Assembly (NCBI GenBank): GCA_048571215.1
Contig: CP182352.1
Location: 2,720,001-2,784,000, forward strand
Source of the DNA: Halarcobacter sp.
Lineage (GTDB): Bacteria; Campylobacterota; Campylobacteria; Campylobacterales; Arcobacteraceae
Reading direction: 5' to 3'
Length of the DNA: 64,000 nucleotides
The position numbers and the translations under genes were made by a program. The notes under the pieces were generated by a model that saw nothing but the letters and a program-made list of their open reading frames with translations, was not told the origin of the DNA and searched no databases. Shown piece after piece: positions 1 through 10,886 of this stretch (position 1 is the stretch's first letter; each line of letters starts with the position of its first letter).

Positions 1-150
1 GTTGATATGCATACACATGGGGTAAGTTTAGAGTTGATTTTTCGTTTTCTTGATACAAGTATGAAAGCCTTGTCAATATTGGGTGCTATAAGTTTTGGAT
101 TAGCTTTACCATCTTTATATTTTACTAGATATAATAGAACAATAATTTAA
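1..150 (+). CDS. 3' end of a membrane protein, probably threonine/serine exporter small subunit (YjjB/ThrE_2-like); partial
   Basis: Frame 1 is open from the window start to TAA at 148-150: VDMHTHGVSLELIFRFLDTSMKALSILGAISFGLALPSLYFTRYNRTII. The hydrophobic C-terminus resembles YjjB (recalled as GALSIGLSIPGL). Confidence 0.5.
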   Translation, partial: VDMHTHGVSLELIFRFLDTSMKALSILGAISFGLALPSLYFTRYNRTII

Positions 151-229
151 TTTATTTAAATATTAATAACTTGTATTAAATAAAAATAAAAGTTTATTTT
201 CTACTTTTTTAAGTATAATACACTCCATA

Positions 230-2458
230 ATGAATAAAAATAACTATTACAAACAGAATATAATTGCATTTTACTTTTTTATCTTTTCCATAGGCTTGAT
301 TTTATCTTTTATCCTCATTGATATAATCTATCTATCAAAAAATAATGATGATATAATTTTAAAAAATATTCAAAAAGAGACTTACGAAAAAGAGACTCTA
401 CTTAAAAATAAATTTATAGAATCTAAAAATTTACTTCAAACACTTAATCAGTCCAAATATTTTCAAGAGTATAAAACTACAAATAACACTAAATTGCTTG
501 AAGATCTTTTTTTATTTATAGCAAAAACAAATAAAGATATAATGAGTATAAAATATATCAATAAAGATGGTTTAGAAAAAGTTAGAGTTAATAGAAAAAA
601 ACACTCTGAAGAAGTTTTTTTGGTAGAAAAAAACAAACTCCAAGACAAATCAAATAGATACTATTTCAAAGAATCTAAAAAATATCCAAATAATAAAATA
701 TGGTTTACAAATATTGATTTAGATGTGGAGAATAATACTATAAAAAAACCTTTTAGTCCAACTTTTAGAGCCATATTAACTATAAAAGATAAAGAGTTTA
801 AATCAATTGTTGTGATCAATTATTTTATGGAAGATTTATTAAATACTTTAATGAATTCTCCCCTATATGATTTTATTTTAATAGATGAAGATGGTTATAT
901 ATTAAAACATTATAAACAAAATAAAAATTGGAGTTTTTACAAGGACTCTAAACTTACAATTAAAAGTGAATTTCCTAATGATTATAAACAAATACTTAGT
1001 CAAAATTTACTAGAAACAAATAAATTTATCTCTATAAAAATAAACACACCCACACAAAAAAAACTTATATTATTGATTAAAACAAAAAACACCTTCTTTA
1101 ATAAAGAGTATGAAGAGAGGATAAACAGATATTTAGTTGTATCAGTGCTTGTTTTACTTCTTTCCTTTATAATAAGTTTTCTATTTTCTAAACAACTAAA
1201 AAAGATTATCTTTACTTTAAAAAATACACAAAAAGAGAATCTAAATTTAGATGAAAAAGTAAAAGCTAAAACAAAAGAGCTAGAAGAATCTAAAAAACAA
1301 TTAACTGATATTTTAGATAATGTTTCAGATTTTATTTGGCAAACAGATGAAAATGGTAAATATACCTATGTAAGTCCTCAAATAAAAGATATATTAGGTT
1401 TTGATGCTAAAGATATATTAGGGAAAACCCCTTTTGATTTTATGAGTGAAGAGGAAGAAAAAAAAATAAAAGCTATATTTTTTGATTTAAAAAATAAAAA
1501 ACTATCTATAAAAAATTTAGAAAATATAAATATTGATATAAATGGAAAAGAGGTTTGGATTGAAACAAATGGTAACCCAATTTTAGATAGTACAGGGAAA
1601 TTAATAGGATATAGAGGTACTGATAGAGATATTACAAAAAGAAAAGAGCAAGAAAAAGAGATTAGAAAAATCAATAATAAATTAAAAGAGTTAAATAAAA
1701 CACTAGAATCAAAAGTACAAAAAGAGTTAGAAAAAAATAAACTTCATGAGGTTCAAATATTTAATCAAGCCAAAATGGCAGCCATGGGAGATATGTTAGG
1801 GAATATTGCCCATCAGTGGAGACAACCATTAAGTTACATTTCTACTACTGCTTCTGGTATAAAACTAAATCATGAGTTTAATATCTTAAACCATGAAGAC
1901 CTACCCCATGCTATGGATGAAATAGTTGCTAAAACCCAATATCTATCACAAACAATTGATACTTTTAGAAACTTTTTAATGGAGAAAAAAGAGTACCAAA
2001 ATATTATCTTACAGGATAGGGTTGAGATTGCACTAAATATAGTAAGTGCCTCACTAAAAGATAATCATATCTACTTAGAAAAAGTTATGGATTATACAAA
2101 TCCTATTAATACTAAACTTGTTGTAGGTGAATTAAGTGAAGTTATAATCAACATAATTAATAATGCAAAAGATATATTGTTATCAAGACAAATTCCAAAC
2201 CCTTGGATTGTAGTTGAATTAACGCAAGCTGAAAATACAGCCATCTTATCTATAGAAGATAATGCAGGAGGTATAGAACCAGAAGTTATCTCAAGAGTTT
2301 TTGAACCATATTTCACTACAAAAGACTTATCAGTTGGAACTGGGCTTGGGCTTTATATGAGTTATAAAATAGTTAAAGAGAGTTTAAAAGGGAAACTTAG
2401 TGTACAAAATAGTGAATTTGGTGCTAAATTTATAATAGAGATACCTTTAATAAAATAA
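230..2458 (+). CDS. Sensor histidine kinase (Cache-type periplasmic domain, PAS, HisKA, HATPase)
   Basis: Two TM segments flank a Cache-like domain (DKSNRYYFKE). PAS domain (IWQTDENGKYTYVSPQ), H-box IAHQWRQPL, N-box NIINNAKD, DNAGGI and GTGLGLY. Confidence 0.9.
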   Translation: MNKNNYYKQNIIAFYFFIFSIGLILSFILIDIIYLSKNNDDIILKNIQKETYEKETLLKNKFIESKNLLQTLNQSKYFQEYKTTNNTKLLEDLFLFIAKTNKDIMSIKYINKDGLEKVRVNRKKHSEEVFLVEKNKLQDKSNRYYFKESKKYPNNKIWFTNIDLDVENNTIKKPFSPTFRAILTIKDKEFKSIVVINYFMEDLLNTLMNSPLYDFILIDEDGYILKHYKQNKNWSFYKDSKLTIKSEFPNDYKQILSQNLLETNKFISIKINTPTQKKLILLIKTKNTFFNKEYEERINRYLVVSVLVLLLSFIISFLFSKQLKKIIFTLKNTQKENLNLDEKVKAKTKELEESKKQLTDILDNVSDFIWQTDENGKYTYVSPQIKDILGFDAKDILGKTPFDFMSEEEEKKIKAIFFDLKNKKLSIKNLENINIDINGKEVWIETNGNPILDSTGKLIGYRGTDRDITKRKEQEKEIRKINNKLKELNKTLESKVQKELEKNKLHEVQIFNQAKMAAMGDMLGNIAHQWRQPLSYISTTASGIKLNHEFNILNHEDLPHAMDEIVAKTQYLSQTIDTFRNFLMEKKEYQNIILQDRVEIALNIVSASLKDNHIYLEKVMDYTNPINTKLVVGELSEVIINIINNAKDILLSRQIPNPWIVVELTQAENTAILSIEDNAGGIEPEVISRVFEPYFTTKDLSVGTGLGLYMSYKIVKESLKGKLSVQNSEFGAKFIIEIPLIK

Positions 2459-2588
2459 CTTAACATTTATATAATTAACTTTAATAAAATAATTTATTTT
2501 ATATAATTTATTTTAATATAAGGACTTAACCTTTTTATAATTAATTTTAATATAAAATATTCACTAAATTATTATACTTAGGAATAAA

Positions 2589-4658
2589 GTGAAAACAAAA
2601 AAGAACCTTGGAGAGTATTATAAAAATCTGTTTGATAATGCATTTGAACCAATTTTGTTATTAAAAGAAAATCACTTTATTGATGGAAATCAAGCTGCAA
2701 TTAATATGCTTAATATGAGTTCCAAAGAGGAACTTTTTAAAATTCACCCTTCACAAATATCACCACAATTTCAACCTGATGGCAAACCATCCAATGAAAA
2801 AGCAAATGAGATGATAGATATATGTATTAAAAACTCTTATCATCAATTTGAATGGCTTCATAAAACTATAGATGAAAAAAAGTTTTTAGTAGAAGTTACA
2901 CTAAAAAAAATCTCAATAATTAATAATACTTTAATCCATGTTACCTGGAGAGATATCAAAAATGAAAAAGAATATAAGGAATCTTTAAAAGAGCAAAATA
3001 AAGAGCTAATTAAAAAAAACCACTATATAAATAAAATAAATAACTTAATTAGTAAAGACTCAAATAACGATTTATTAGCTTCTGTTCTTTTATTTGAAGA
3101 GTATAAAAAAGCGATTGATGAAAGTTCAATTGTTTCAAAAACTGATTTAGATGGTAAAATCACCTATGTTAATAAAAAGTTCTGTGAAATTTCTGGATAT
3201 AAAGAGGAAGAACTACTAGGAAATAGTCATAATATAGTAAGACATCCAAATATGAAAAATAGTTTCTTTAAAAATCTTTGGGTAACCATTTCAAATAAAC
3301 AAATTTTTCATGGAATAATCCAAAATAAAAAGAAAAATGGCGAATCTTATTATGTTGATTCTACAATAATTCCCATAATGGATAAAGAAAACAACATTAT
3401 AGAATATCTTGGGATAAGACATGATATAAGTTCAATTTTTGAAAAAGATAAATTAATTTATGAACAATTTACAGATGAGCTAACAGCACTACCAAATAGA
3501 CAAAAACTAATAGATGATATAAAAAAACAACCCTATCCTAAACTTGCAATAATAAATATAGATAGATTTAGAGATATAAATGACTCTTATGGGATAGAAA
3601 TAGGTGATATAGTTTTACAAGAGATTGCAAAAAGATTATTAAGGTTTAAAAGTTTAAATTTGTCTATATACAGAGTTTCAGGAGATATCTTTGCCTTTTT
3701 AGCATATGGAAATTTTTCAGAAGTAGAACTATATAAAACATGTAGAAATTTTAATCTTTATATGGATCAAAAACCTATTTTAATAGAAGACAATATTTTT
3801 GATATAGCCACAACAATAGGTATAGCATCTGGAAAAGATAAACTTTTAAGTCATGCAGAGGTTGCACTGCTTCATGCCAAACAAAAAAATAAAAGTATTA
3901 TTACCTTTGATGAACAAATGCCTCTATATAGAGACTTAAAAAAGAATATAAAACTAACAAAAGATATTAAATATGCACTAAATAATGATGGAATATTAGT
4001 GTATGCACAAAAAATTCTTGGAAATAAAAATCAAAAAGACAAATATGAAACTCTAATGAGAATGAGGTTAAATGATAATTCGATACTTTCACCATTTTTC
4101 TTTTTAGACCATGCAAAAAAAGCAAAACTTTATCCCTATATGACTAAAATAATGATTAATAAATCTTGTGAATATTTTAGTAATAAAGATTTAGAGTTTT
4201 TAATCAATCTTATGATAGAAGATATTTTAAATGAAAAAACTGTTAATTTTCTAATCAATAAACTTATCCAAACAAATACAGCAAAATATGTTACCCTAGA
4301 GATTGTTGAATCTGAGGGCATTGAAAAGTTCTCTGAAGTTGAAAGATTTATAAAAAGACTCAAAGCAATTGGATGTAAAATAGCCATTGATGACTTTGGT
4401 ACAGGATATTCAAACTTTGAATATATAATAAAACTAAATGTAGATTATCTGAAAATTGATGGCTCTTTAATTAAAAATATCCATGTAAATGATAATATAA
4501 AACTAACCGTTGAGACCATCGCAAATTTTGCTAAGGTATTAAATATAAAAACTGTTGCTGAGTTTGTACATTGTCAAGAGGTTCAAGATATAGTAAAATC
4601 CTTGGCTATCGATTATAGCCAAGGGTTTTTATTTCATGAACCAGAATTTTTAATATAA
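2589..4658 (+). CDS. PAS-PAS-GGDEF(degenerate)-EAL protein, probable c-di-GMP phosphodiesterase
   Basis: Two PAS domains, DELTALPNR, a degenerate GGDEF site (RVSGDIF), and an EAL domain with ETL, EIVE, DDFGTGYS, KIDGS and AEFV motifs. Confidence 0.88.
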   Translation: MKTKKNLGEYYKNLFDNAFEPILLLKENHFIDGNQAAINMLNMSSKEELFKIHPSQISPQFQPDGKPSNEKANEMIDICIKNSYHQFEWLHKTIDEKKFLVEVTLKKISIINNTLIHVTWRDIKNEKEYKESLKEQNKELIKKNHYINKINNLISKDSNNDLLASVLLFEEYKKAIDESSIVSKTDLDGKITYVNKKFCEISGYKEEELLGNSHNIVRHPNMKNSFFKNLWVTISNKQIFHGIIQNKKKNGESYYVDSTIIPIMDKENNIIEYLGIRHDISSIFEKDKLIYEQFTDELTALPNRQKLIDDIKKQPYPKLAIINIDRFRDINDSYGIEIGDIVLQEIAKRLLRFKSLNLSIYRVSGDIFAFLAYGNFSEVELYKTCRNFNLYMDQKPILIEDNIFDIATTIGIASGKDKLLSHAEVALLHAKQKNKSIITFDEQMPLYRDLKKNIKLTKDIKYALNNDGILVYAQKILGNKNQKDKYETLMRMRLNDNSILSPFFFLDHAKKAKLYPYMTKIMINKSCEYFSNKDLEFLINLMIEDILNEKTVNFLINKLIQTNTAKYVTLEIVESEGIEKFSEVERFIKRLKAIGCKIAIDDFGTGYSNFEYIIKLNVDYLKIDGSLIKNIHVNDNIKLTVETIANFAKVLNIKTVAEFVHCQEVQDIVKSLAIDYSQGFLFHEPEFLI

Positions 4659-4659
4659 A

Positions 4660-7101
4660 CTAAAAGCTTTCCCACTCATCATCATTGGAGTTTGGAACTA
4701 TTAGTTTTGTCTCACTTTTTTTAAGCACTGTTTTTTTTGGTGTTGTTTTTATTGTAGAAGATAAACTATTTTTTCTTATATCTTCCCTATGACCAATAAC
4801 TTTTTTAGTCTCATTTACACAATCCTTTGCATGACTTACAGGATCTTTAGAATCAACTTTTTCCTTTAGCCCATCAGAAACAGCTTTTTCACATCCATGT
4901 GTTTTTATCTTATCAATATACTCAAATACTTTTACAGTATTATGTTCAATTTCATTTGCAATATCCATAAGTTTAGGACTATATTTATCTAAAGCATCTA
5001 AGTTAACATAATCTTGAACCCCATCATGTACTGCTTTATGAACCTCTAATAATAGATTCCAATCTTCATGTTTTGCATAATTTTCATTTTCATGTGCTTT
5101 TATCCACTTACCTAAGTCACAATCAACATCATTTTTTACACTCCACTTTTTATCTTGTCCTATTTTTGCAAAGTTTGCTTCCTTAAAGGAGATATGATCA
5201 AGTTTTAATTTTGTAGTATCAAATACTAAATTTACATCACAAACTGAATTTGCTTTGGATTGATCAAATTCAGTCCTATTAATAATAGCAATTAAATGTT
5301 CAGATATCTCATTTAAATTCATAGCTTTCGTTGATACTGTTTCACTTGCATTTGCATTCTCTTGTGTGGCTTTATCTAGCTCATTTATTGCATCATTGAT
5401 TTGTTTCATACCTTGCATCTGTTCATTTGTTGCTATTGTTACTTCATCAACAATATTTGTAACCTCTAATACTTTATTATTTAAGAAATTAAAACTATCA
5501 ACCATTCTATCTGCTGTAGTTTTACCCTCAACTGTTTTAGATTTGGCATCCTCAACTAAGGCTTTAATCTCTTTTGCAGCTTGGGCACTTCTACTTGCAA
5601 GGTTTCTAACCTCTTGAGCTACAACCGCAAACCCTTTTCCTGCTTCCCCTGCTGTTGCTGCTTCTACAGCTGCATTTAGTGATAAGATATTTGTTTGGAA
5701 TGCAATTTGGTCAATAATCTCAATAGCATCAACAATATCATTTGTAGCTTTATTAATATGCTCCATAGCTTCACCTGTTTTATGTGCTAACTGATCATCT
5801 TCATCACTTGTCTTTTTTAAATCAACTGCAATTTTTGACATCTGTTTTGTTTTATTTGTAGTTGATTCAATAGCTGATGTTATCTCTTCAACAGCAGCTG
5901 CTGTTTCTTCTAAAGACGCCGCTTGTTGAACTGCTGAAGCTGATAATTGTTCTGAAGTTGCAGCTAAATCTGAGGCATTTGTCATTAATCTTTTTGCTGT
6001 ATTATTTACCATACATAATACCTCTGATATAGAATCTCCTAAAGCTTTTGTTCCCCTTGACAGTGAACCTATACTTCCTGAGTATTCTGAATCAATTTTA
6101 TGATTATATTTTGCATTACCAAAAGCGATTAAAGCTTGAGTTACAATATTTAAACTATTTTGTGTAATTGTAGTCATCTCATTTATTTTTGATTTCAATA
6201 ACTCTATTTCTGGATTATTGGCAACTTGCATAATATCATAGTTATAAAACCCATTTTTTGCTTTATTTACTATCTCTATTGATTCTTTTATAACTGCATT
6301 ATCTTTTTCAAAACCAATTTTTGTCATTTGTATATTTTCATTAACAACATTTGCCATTAACTCTATTTCATCTTTTGTATGGATTTCAATAGCTTCAACA
6401 GTATCTTGTTTTCTATTTAAATATCTAAAGAATCCCAAAAGTCCTTCTTGAAATTTTTCTATCGAACCTGCAATTGATTTACTAACAAAAAGACTAATTA
6501 TAATTGCAGCAAGTAATGACAGAACAATTGTTACAAGCAAATATATTTTAATATTACTTTCAAAATTCTTTTCAATTTTACTTGCTTCTTTTAATTCACT
6601 CTCAATTAACTTTTTAGCTTTTGAGATATCCCCTTCTAATGTTTCTCCTGCACCATCAATCTCTTTATCAAGCTTTTTAAACTCTTCACTTGTAGCTTTT
6701 TCACTTATCAACTTAGGTAGTTCATCTTTTAAAATTGGTTCTAATTTTTTAAATGCACCTAAAATACTTTTAATTAACTTCTTTTCTTCATTAGTATCTG
6801 TAGCAGAAAGCAATTCCTCTTCATATTTAAATAAAGCTTCAAAATTATCATTTATATTTTTATTATAATCTGCTAATATATTAGATTGTTCTTTTTTTAC
6901 AATAATATCCATTGCTTCAAGCAACAAAGATGTATTTATATTATTGACTACTTCCATATCAACTAATTGTTTATATTTAGTAGCTTTTTTATCGGCAATC
7001 TCATCTAATTTATTTATACTAAAATATACATAAGCTCCAAATGCCATTAAAATTAAAACAATAATACCAAATCCACTTAAAAGTTTTTTTTGTATATTCA
7101 T
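4660..7101 (-). CDS. Methyl-accepting chemotaxis protein with C-terminal CZB (zinc-binding) domain
   Basis: Two TMs, MCP signature [40 protein letters not shown]-type ligands (DHISFK, CDLGKW, HKAVH) and terminal EWESF pentapeptide. Confidence 0.9.
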   Translation of the reverse strand: MNIQKKLLSGFGIIVLILMAFGAYVYFSINKLDEIADKKATKYKQLVDMEVVNNINTSLLLEAMDIIVKKEQSNILADYNKNINDNFEALFKYEEELLSATDTNEEKKLIKSILGAFKKLEPILKDELPKLISEKATSEEFKKLDKEIDGAGETLEGDISKAKKLIESELKEASKIEKNFESNIKIYLLVTIVLSLLAAIIISLFVSKSIAGSIEKFQEGLLGFFRYLNRKQDTVEAIEIHTKDEIELMANVVNENIQMTKIGFEKDNAVIKESIEIVNKAKNGFYNYDIMQVANNPEIELLKSKINEMTTITQNSLNIVTQALIAFGNAKYNHKIDSEYSGSIGSLSRGTKALGDSISEVLCMVNNTAKRLMTNASDLAATSEQLSASAVQQAASLEETAAAVEEITSAIESTTNKTKQMSKIAVDLKKTSDEDDQLAHKTGEAMEHINKATNDIVDAIEIIDQIAFQTNILSLNAAVEAATAGEAGKGFAVVAQEVRNLASRSAQAAKEIKALVEDAKSKTVEGKTTADRMVDSFNFLNNKVLEVTNIVDEVTIATNEQMQGMKQINDAINELDKATQENANASETVSTKAMNLNEISEHLIAIINRTEFDQSKANSVCDVNLVFDTTKLKLDHISFKEANFAKIGQDKKWSVKNDVDCDLGKWIKAHENENYAKHEDWNLLLEVHKAVHDGVQDYVNLDALDKYSPKLMDIANEIEHNTVKVFEYIDKIKTHGCEKAVSDGLKEKVDSKDPVSHAKDCVNETKKVIGHREDIRKNSLSSTIKTTPKKTVLKKSETKLIVPNSNDDEWESF

Positions 7102-7179
7102 AAGTTTACCTCTTTAACCATAAATTTTAGTATTCTAATAATATTATTCTTTTAAACATATTAGTTAAAATAACTAATA

Positions 7180-9144
7180 TTAGGCAATAGGTAAAATTAT
7201 TTTAAACTCAGCACCTTTATAAGTTTTATCTTCATATAAATACTCACTATTTTGAACCGTCACCTCTCCTAAAAGATGTCTAGTTACAATTTGATAGGTC
7301 ATATATAAACCTATTCCTGTTCCTTGAGATTTATGTTTTGTTGTAAAATATGCTTCAAATACTTTATTTTTTATATCCTCAGGTATTCCACCTGCATTAT
7401 CTTTTATTGTTATTATTAAACACTCATCTATCTCATTATTTATGCAATTATCAAATAGATTACAATCTGATAAATCACATTTATTTAGCTTTCTTATATT
7501 AAAAAAAATAAGTTTTTTTTCTACTTTTAAGTTTTCAAAAGCATCAACAGCATTATTTAAAATATTTATCAAACTTTGAATCAATTCATTTTCAAAACTA
7601 ATTATTTTTATATCTTCTATATTTGAAATTATCTCTATCTCTTTTGAAGAAAATCTAGAAGAACTCAATTTGATACTTTTTTCATAAAGTTCTTTACTAG
7701 AGATCTCTTTTGCAACTTTTTCTGGATTGAAAAACTCCCTAAAGTCATCTATCGTTTGAGATAAGTATTTTGTAGATTTAATCAAAGTATCTAAAGAGCT
7801 ATGTAATGACTCTTTAGTACCAACTCCTATCTCATCTTCAATTTTTATTTTACCAGCAATAGTACTTATTAGAGATAATGGTTGTCTCCATTGGTGAGCA
7901 ATATTTCCTATCATCTCTCCCATTGAGGCCATCTTAGCTTGTTGATATAAAATAGAGTCTTTTTTTCTATTTAAATCAACTTCTTTTAATATTCTTTCAT
8001 TATAGTTGTCAAAAAACTGTTTTAAAATTTTAGATATATATGTAGCAAGTAGTATTAAAATAACTGTCAAAAATAAACTTATTAAAATTATCTTTTTGAG
8101 AGTTTCTGAATTAACTTTTTTTAATTCCTCTTTTTTGTTTTTTAAAAAGATTTGAAGATCTTTATCATAAAAACCAGTGGCAATTGCCCATCTCCAATCA
8201 TCTAGCCCTTTTGCATATGTGGTTTTACTTGCAGGTTTACCTGTTTGTGGCATAATTGTACTTATATAACGTATAAATCCCGAGCCTTCTTTTGCAGTTT
8301 TAATTATACCTTTTGTTATCTCATAACCATTTTTGTCTTTTAAATTTATTCTATTTACACCTATATATGCTTTTTTTACATGCTCTAAATATACTCCATC
8401 ATAATTTACAACAAAAATATAACTATTTTTTCCAAAAGAAACTTTTCTTATATAATCTTCTAAAATAATTTTTTTGACTTTCAACTCAAAGTCATCTAAA
8501 TATTCCCCCGTACCAATTATTAAACCCAAGGGTTTATACTTTTTATTTACAGTAATCTTTTTATAAAGCTCTGTTTTATTTGGTTTATACCAATAATAAG
8601 TAGAAAAATATTCATCTTTTTTATTTATATTTTCAATAATATCCTTTATAAAATAAAACCCTTTTTTATCTTTTAATCCTATTATGTTTGTACCTTCTAA
8701 CCAGGGCTGTATTGGGTGCATTATATTCTTGCCATGTATATCATATATATAAAAATATCCTCGACCATTGTTGAATCTCAATTCCCTTAAAGACTCTTTT
8801 ATAATAGCTAAGACCTTTTGTTTCCCTTCATTGGCAAACTTTTTATTTATATTATCCACTATATTATAAGCTTCATTTACTCTATTTAAAAGCTCTTTTT
8901 TTAACTCTTTATCAAGTTTTGATTTCTTTTCTAATATATTCTTATGTATAGTATCAATTTGTTCTTTTATTAAGTTTTTATTGGTTTCTATATAGTTTCT
9001 TTCATAAATCTTCAAATCTCGTTCATAACTAATTTTATTTTGAACATAGATTAAGATATTTACTAAAATTGCAATAGAAACAATTACAACTATAGGTGAG
9101 TATTTTACAAAATTTAAAAGCTGTTTTTCATTTTTTATTAACAA
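7180..9144 (-). CDS. Sensor histidine kinase with two tandem single-Cache domains
   Basis: Two sCache_2-like repeats (GYFYIYD..MHP..KDKKG and YIFVVNYDG..KDKNG), H-box IAHQWRQPL, DNAGGI and GTGIGLY. TTG start. Confidence 0.9.
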   Translation of the reverse strand: MLIKNEKQLLNFVKYSPIVVIVSIAILVNILIYVQNKISYERDLKIYERNYIETNKNLIKEQIDTIHKNILEKKSKLDKELKKELLNRVNEAYNIVDNINKKFANEGKQKVLAIIKESLRELRFNNGRGYFYIYDIHGKNIMHPIQPWLEGTNIIGLKDKKGFYFIKDIIENINKKDEYFSTYYWYKPNKTELYKKITVNKKYKPLGLIIGTGEYLDDFELKVKKIILEDYIRKVSFGKNSYIFVVNYDGVYLEHVKKAYIGVNRINLKDKNGYEITKGIIKTAKEGSGFIRYISTIMPQTGKPASKTTYAKGLDDWRWAIATGFYDKDLQIFLKNKKEELKKVNSETLKKIILISLFLTVILILLATYISKILKQFFDNYNERILKEVDLNRKKDSILYQQAKMASMGEMIGNIAHQWRQPLSLISTIAGKIKIEDEIGVGTKESLHSSLDTLIKSTKYLSQTIDDFREFFNPEKVAKEISSKELYEKSIKLSSSRFSSKEIEIISNIEDIKIISFENELIQSLINILNNAVDAFENLKVEKKLIFFNIRKLNKCDLSDCNLFDNCINNEIDECLIITIKDNAGGIPEDIKNKVFEAYFTTKHKSQGTGIGLYMTYQIVTRHLLGEVTVQNSEYLYEDKTYKGAEFKIILPIA

Positions 9145-9711
9145 TTAATTCTCTATTTGTTTTAATAATTTAGTTTCTGCATCTTTTGAAAGAAAATTAT
9201 TTTCAAAAATTTTATTAACTTTAAAAAGTGTTTTAGCAGACTCTTGAATATATTTTAAAACCCCTTTTGAATCAACAACAATCTGAACAAAAAGGGTATT
9301 ATCTTTACTTTTAAAACTATTTATTACCTTAACTTTTTGAGTAGACTTTAAAGCAATTTGCTTAGCATGTTCATTTATATCTTTTTCAAAAACTTTTGCT
9401 TGGGATTCTTTTTTGTAATAATCATTTAAAATTTTTCTACTTTTTATATATATTTTTTTAGCTAAGTTTTGGGATGCATTTATTAGTGCAAGTTCTCTAT
9501 AAAAACTATACTTATCATTTTTTATATTTTTTGAAACTCCAACTTGAGAAATATTTCCCAATACTTTTGAGTTATATACCCATAAAGGTGCATCATCAGG
9601 AAGTTTAAACTGAGTTGACACCTTTTCTTTAAAAGAGTTATCAAACATAGAAAAACATCCTGAAAATAAAAACATCACAAAAAAACTAAGAAAATATATA
9701 CTCTTTTTCAT
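9145..9711 (-). CDS. Lipoprotein, LPP20-like
   Basis: Lipobox FSGC; APLWV motif; RELALINASQNLA helix. Confidence 0.65.
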   Translation of the reverse strand: MKKSIYFLSFFVMFLFSGCFSMFDNSFKEKVSTQFKLPDDAPLWVYNSKVLGNISQVGVSKNIKNDKYSFYRELALINASQNLAKKIYIKSRKILNDYYKKESQAKVFEKDINEHAKQIALKSTQKVKVINSFKSKDNTLFVQIVVDSKGVLKYIQESAKTLFKVNKIFENNFLSKDAETKLLKQIEN

Positions 9712-9714
9712 CTA

Positions 9715-10884
9715 CTAAAAATCACTAAAGTTTTTAATAGCCTCTTTTGCTTTTTCTAAAGCTTTTTGGCTTGAATCTTTATCAAAAGAGAGTGCAACTG
9801 CCATTCTTCTTCCAATATGTGATTGGGGTTTCCCAAATACTCTTACATATGTATCTTTTGTAAAAGATTCATCTTTTATATTTACAATAGGAGTAAAGGT
9901 ATCAGCTTTTGCCTTGTATGCCGCACTTGCTCCACAACCATAATCAATATAATCTAAGGGTAATCCCAATACTGCTCTAACATGTAAAGCAAATTCACTT
10001 TGAGATTGAGTTATCATAGTAACCATCCCAGTATCATGTGGTCTAGGACTTACTTCACTAAAAAATACCTCATCACCTTTTACAAACATCTCAACACCAA
10101 AAATACCACGACCACCTAAACCATCTGTAACAGTTTTTGCAATCTCTTGGGCACTATTTTTAGCTTTTTCGCTCATATCCATTGGTTGCCATGAGAAAAT
10201 ATAATCCCCATCTTGTTGTATATGACCAATTGGTTCACAAAAAACAGTTTGTTTTTCATTTCTAATTGTAAGTAAAGTAATCTCATAATCAAACTTTATA
10301 AACTCTTCAACAATCAATTCACTAGCATCTCCCCTAGCTTCCTTTGCCATTTCCCAAGATTTAGGTAAATCATCTTTTGATTTAGCAATACTTTGTCCAT
10401 GACCAGAAGAGCTCATCACAGGTTTTATTACACACGGGAAGCCCATATTTTGTGCAGCTTTTTCTAAACCTTCAAATGTTGTTACAAACTCATAATTTCC
10501 TGTATTTACTTTTAACTCTTGGGCTGCAAACTCTCTAATATTTTTTCTATTCATAGTTTTATTAACAGCATCAGCATTTGGAATAACATGAAATCCCTCT
10601 TTTTCAGCCTCAAAAAGAGCTTGAATATTTATAGCTTCAACCTCAGGTAATATATAATTTGGCTTCTCTTTTCTAATTATTTCTAAAACCTCATCTTTAT
10701 TTTTCATATTGATTGTATAGGCTTTATTTGCAACTAATTGAGCTGGAGCATTGTTATAACTATCAACAGCAATTGTTTCTATTCCTAATCTTTGTGCTTC
10801 AATAATCACCTCTTTACCTAACTCTCCACTACCCAATAACAATATTTTTACTGACTGAGATTTTAATGGTGCTGAAAATTCCAT
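9715..10884 (-). CDS. purT: Formate-dependent phosphoribosylglycinamide formyltransferase
   Basis: [37 protein letters not shown] and GRRMAVAL motifs. Confidence 0.96.
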   Translation of the reverse strand: MEFSAPLKSQSVKILLLGSGELGKEVIIEAQRLGIETIAVDSYNNAPAQLVANKAYTINMKNKDEVLEIIRKEKPNYILPEVEAINIQALFEAEKEGFHVIPNADAVNKTMNRKNIREFAAQELKVNTGNYEFVTTFEGLEKAAQNMGFPCVIKPVMSSSGHGQSIAKSKDDLPKSWEMAKEARGDASELIVEEFIKFDYEITLLTIRNEKQTVFCEPIGHIQQDGDYIFSWQPMDMSEKAKNSAQEIAKTVTDGLGGRGIFGVEMFVKGDEVFFSEVSPRPHDTGMVTMITQSQSEFALHVRAVLGLPLDYIDYGCGASAAYKAKADTFTPIVNIKDESFTKDTYVRVFGKPQSHIGRRMAVALSFDKDSSQKALEKAKEAIKNFSDF

Positions 10885-10886
10885 CT

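Noticed and set aside
230..2458. Cache-domain kinases as AI-2 receptors linked to lsrK/luxS
   Set aside because: Some dCache domains bind AI-2, but nothing in the sequence ties these kinases to AI-2 and they are not adjacent to the lsrK module.
5560..5720. Nucleotide similarity with 37380-37545
   Set aside because: Explained by the conserved MCP signalling hairpin shared by two paralogous chemoreceptors; not a mobile repeat.
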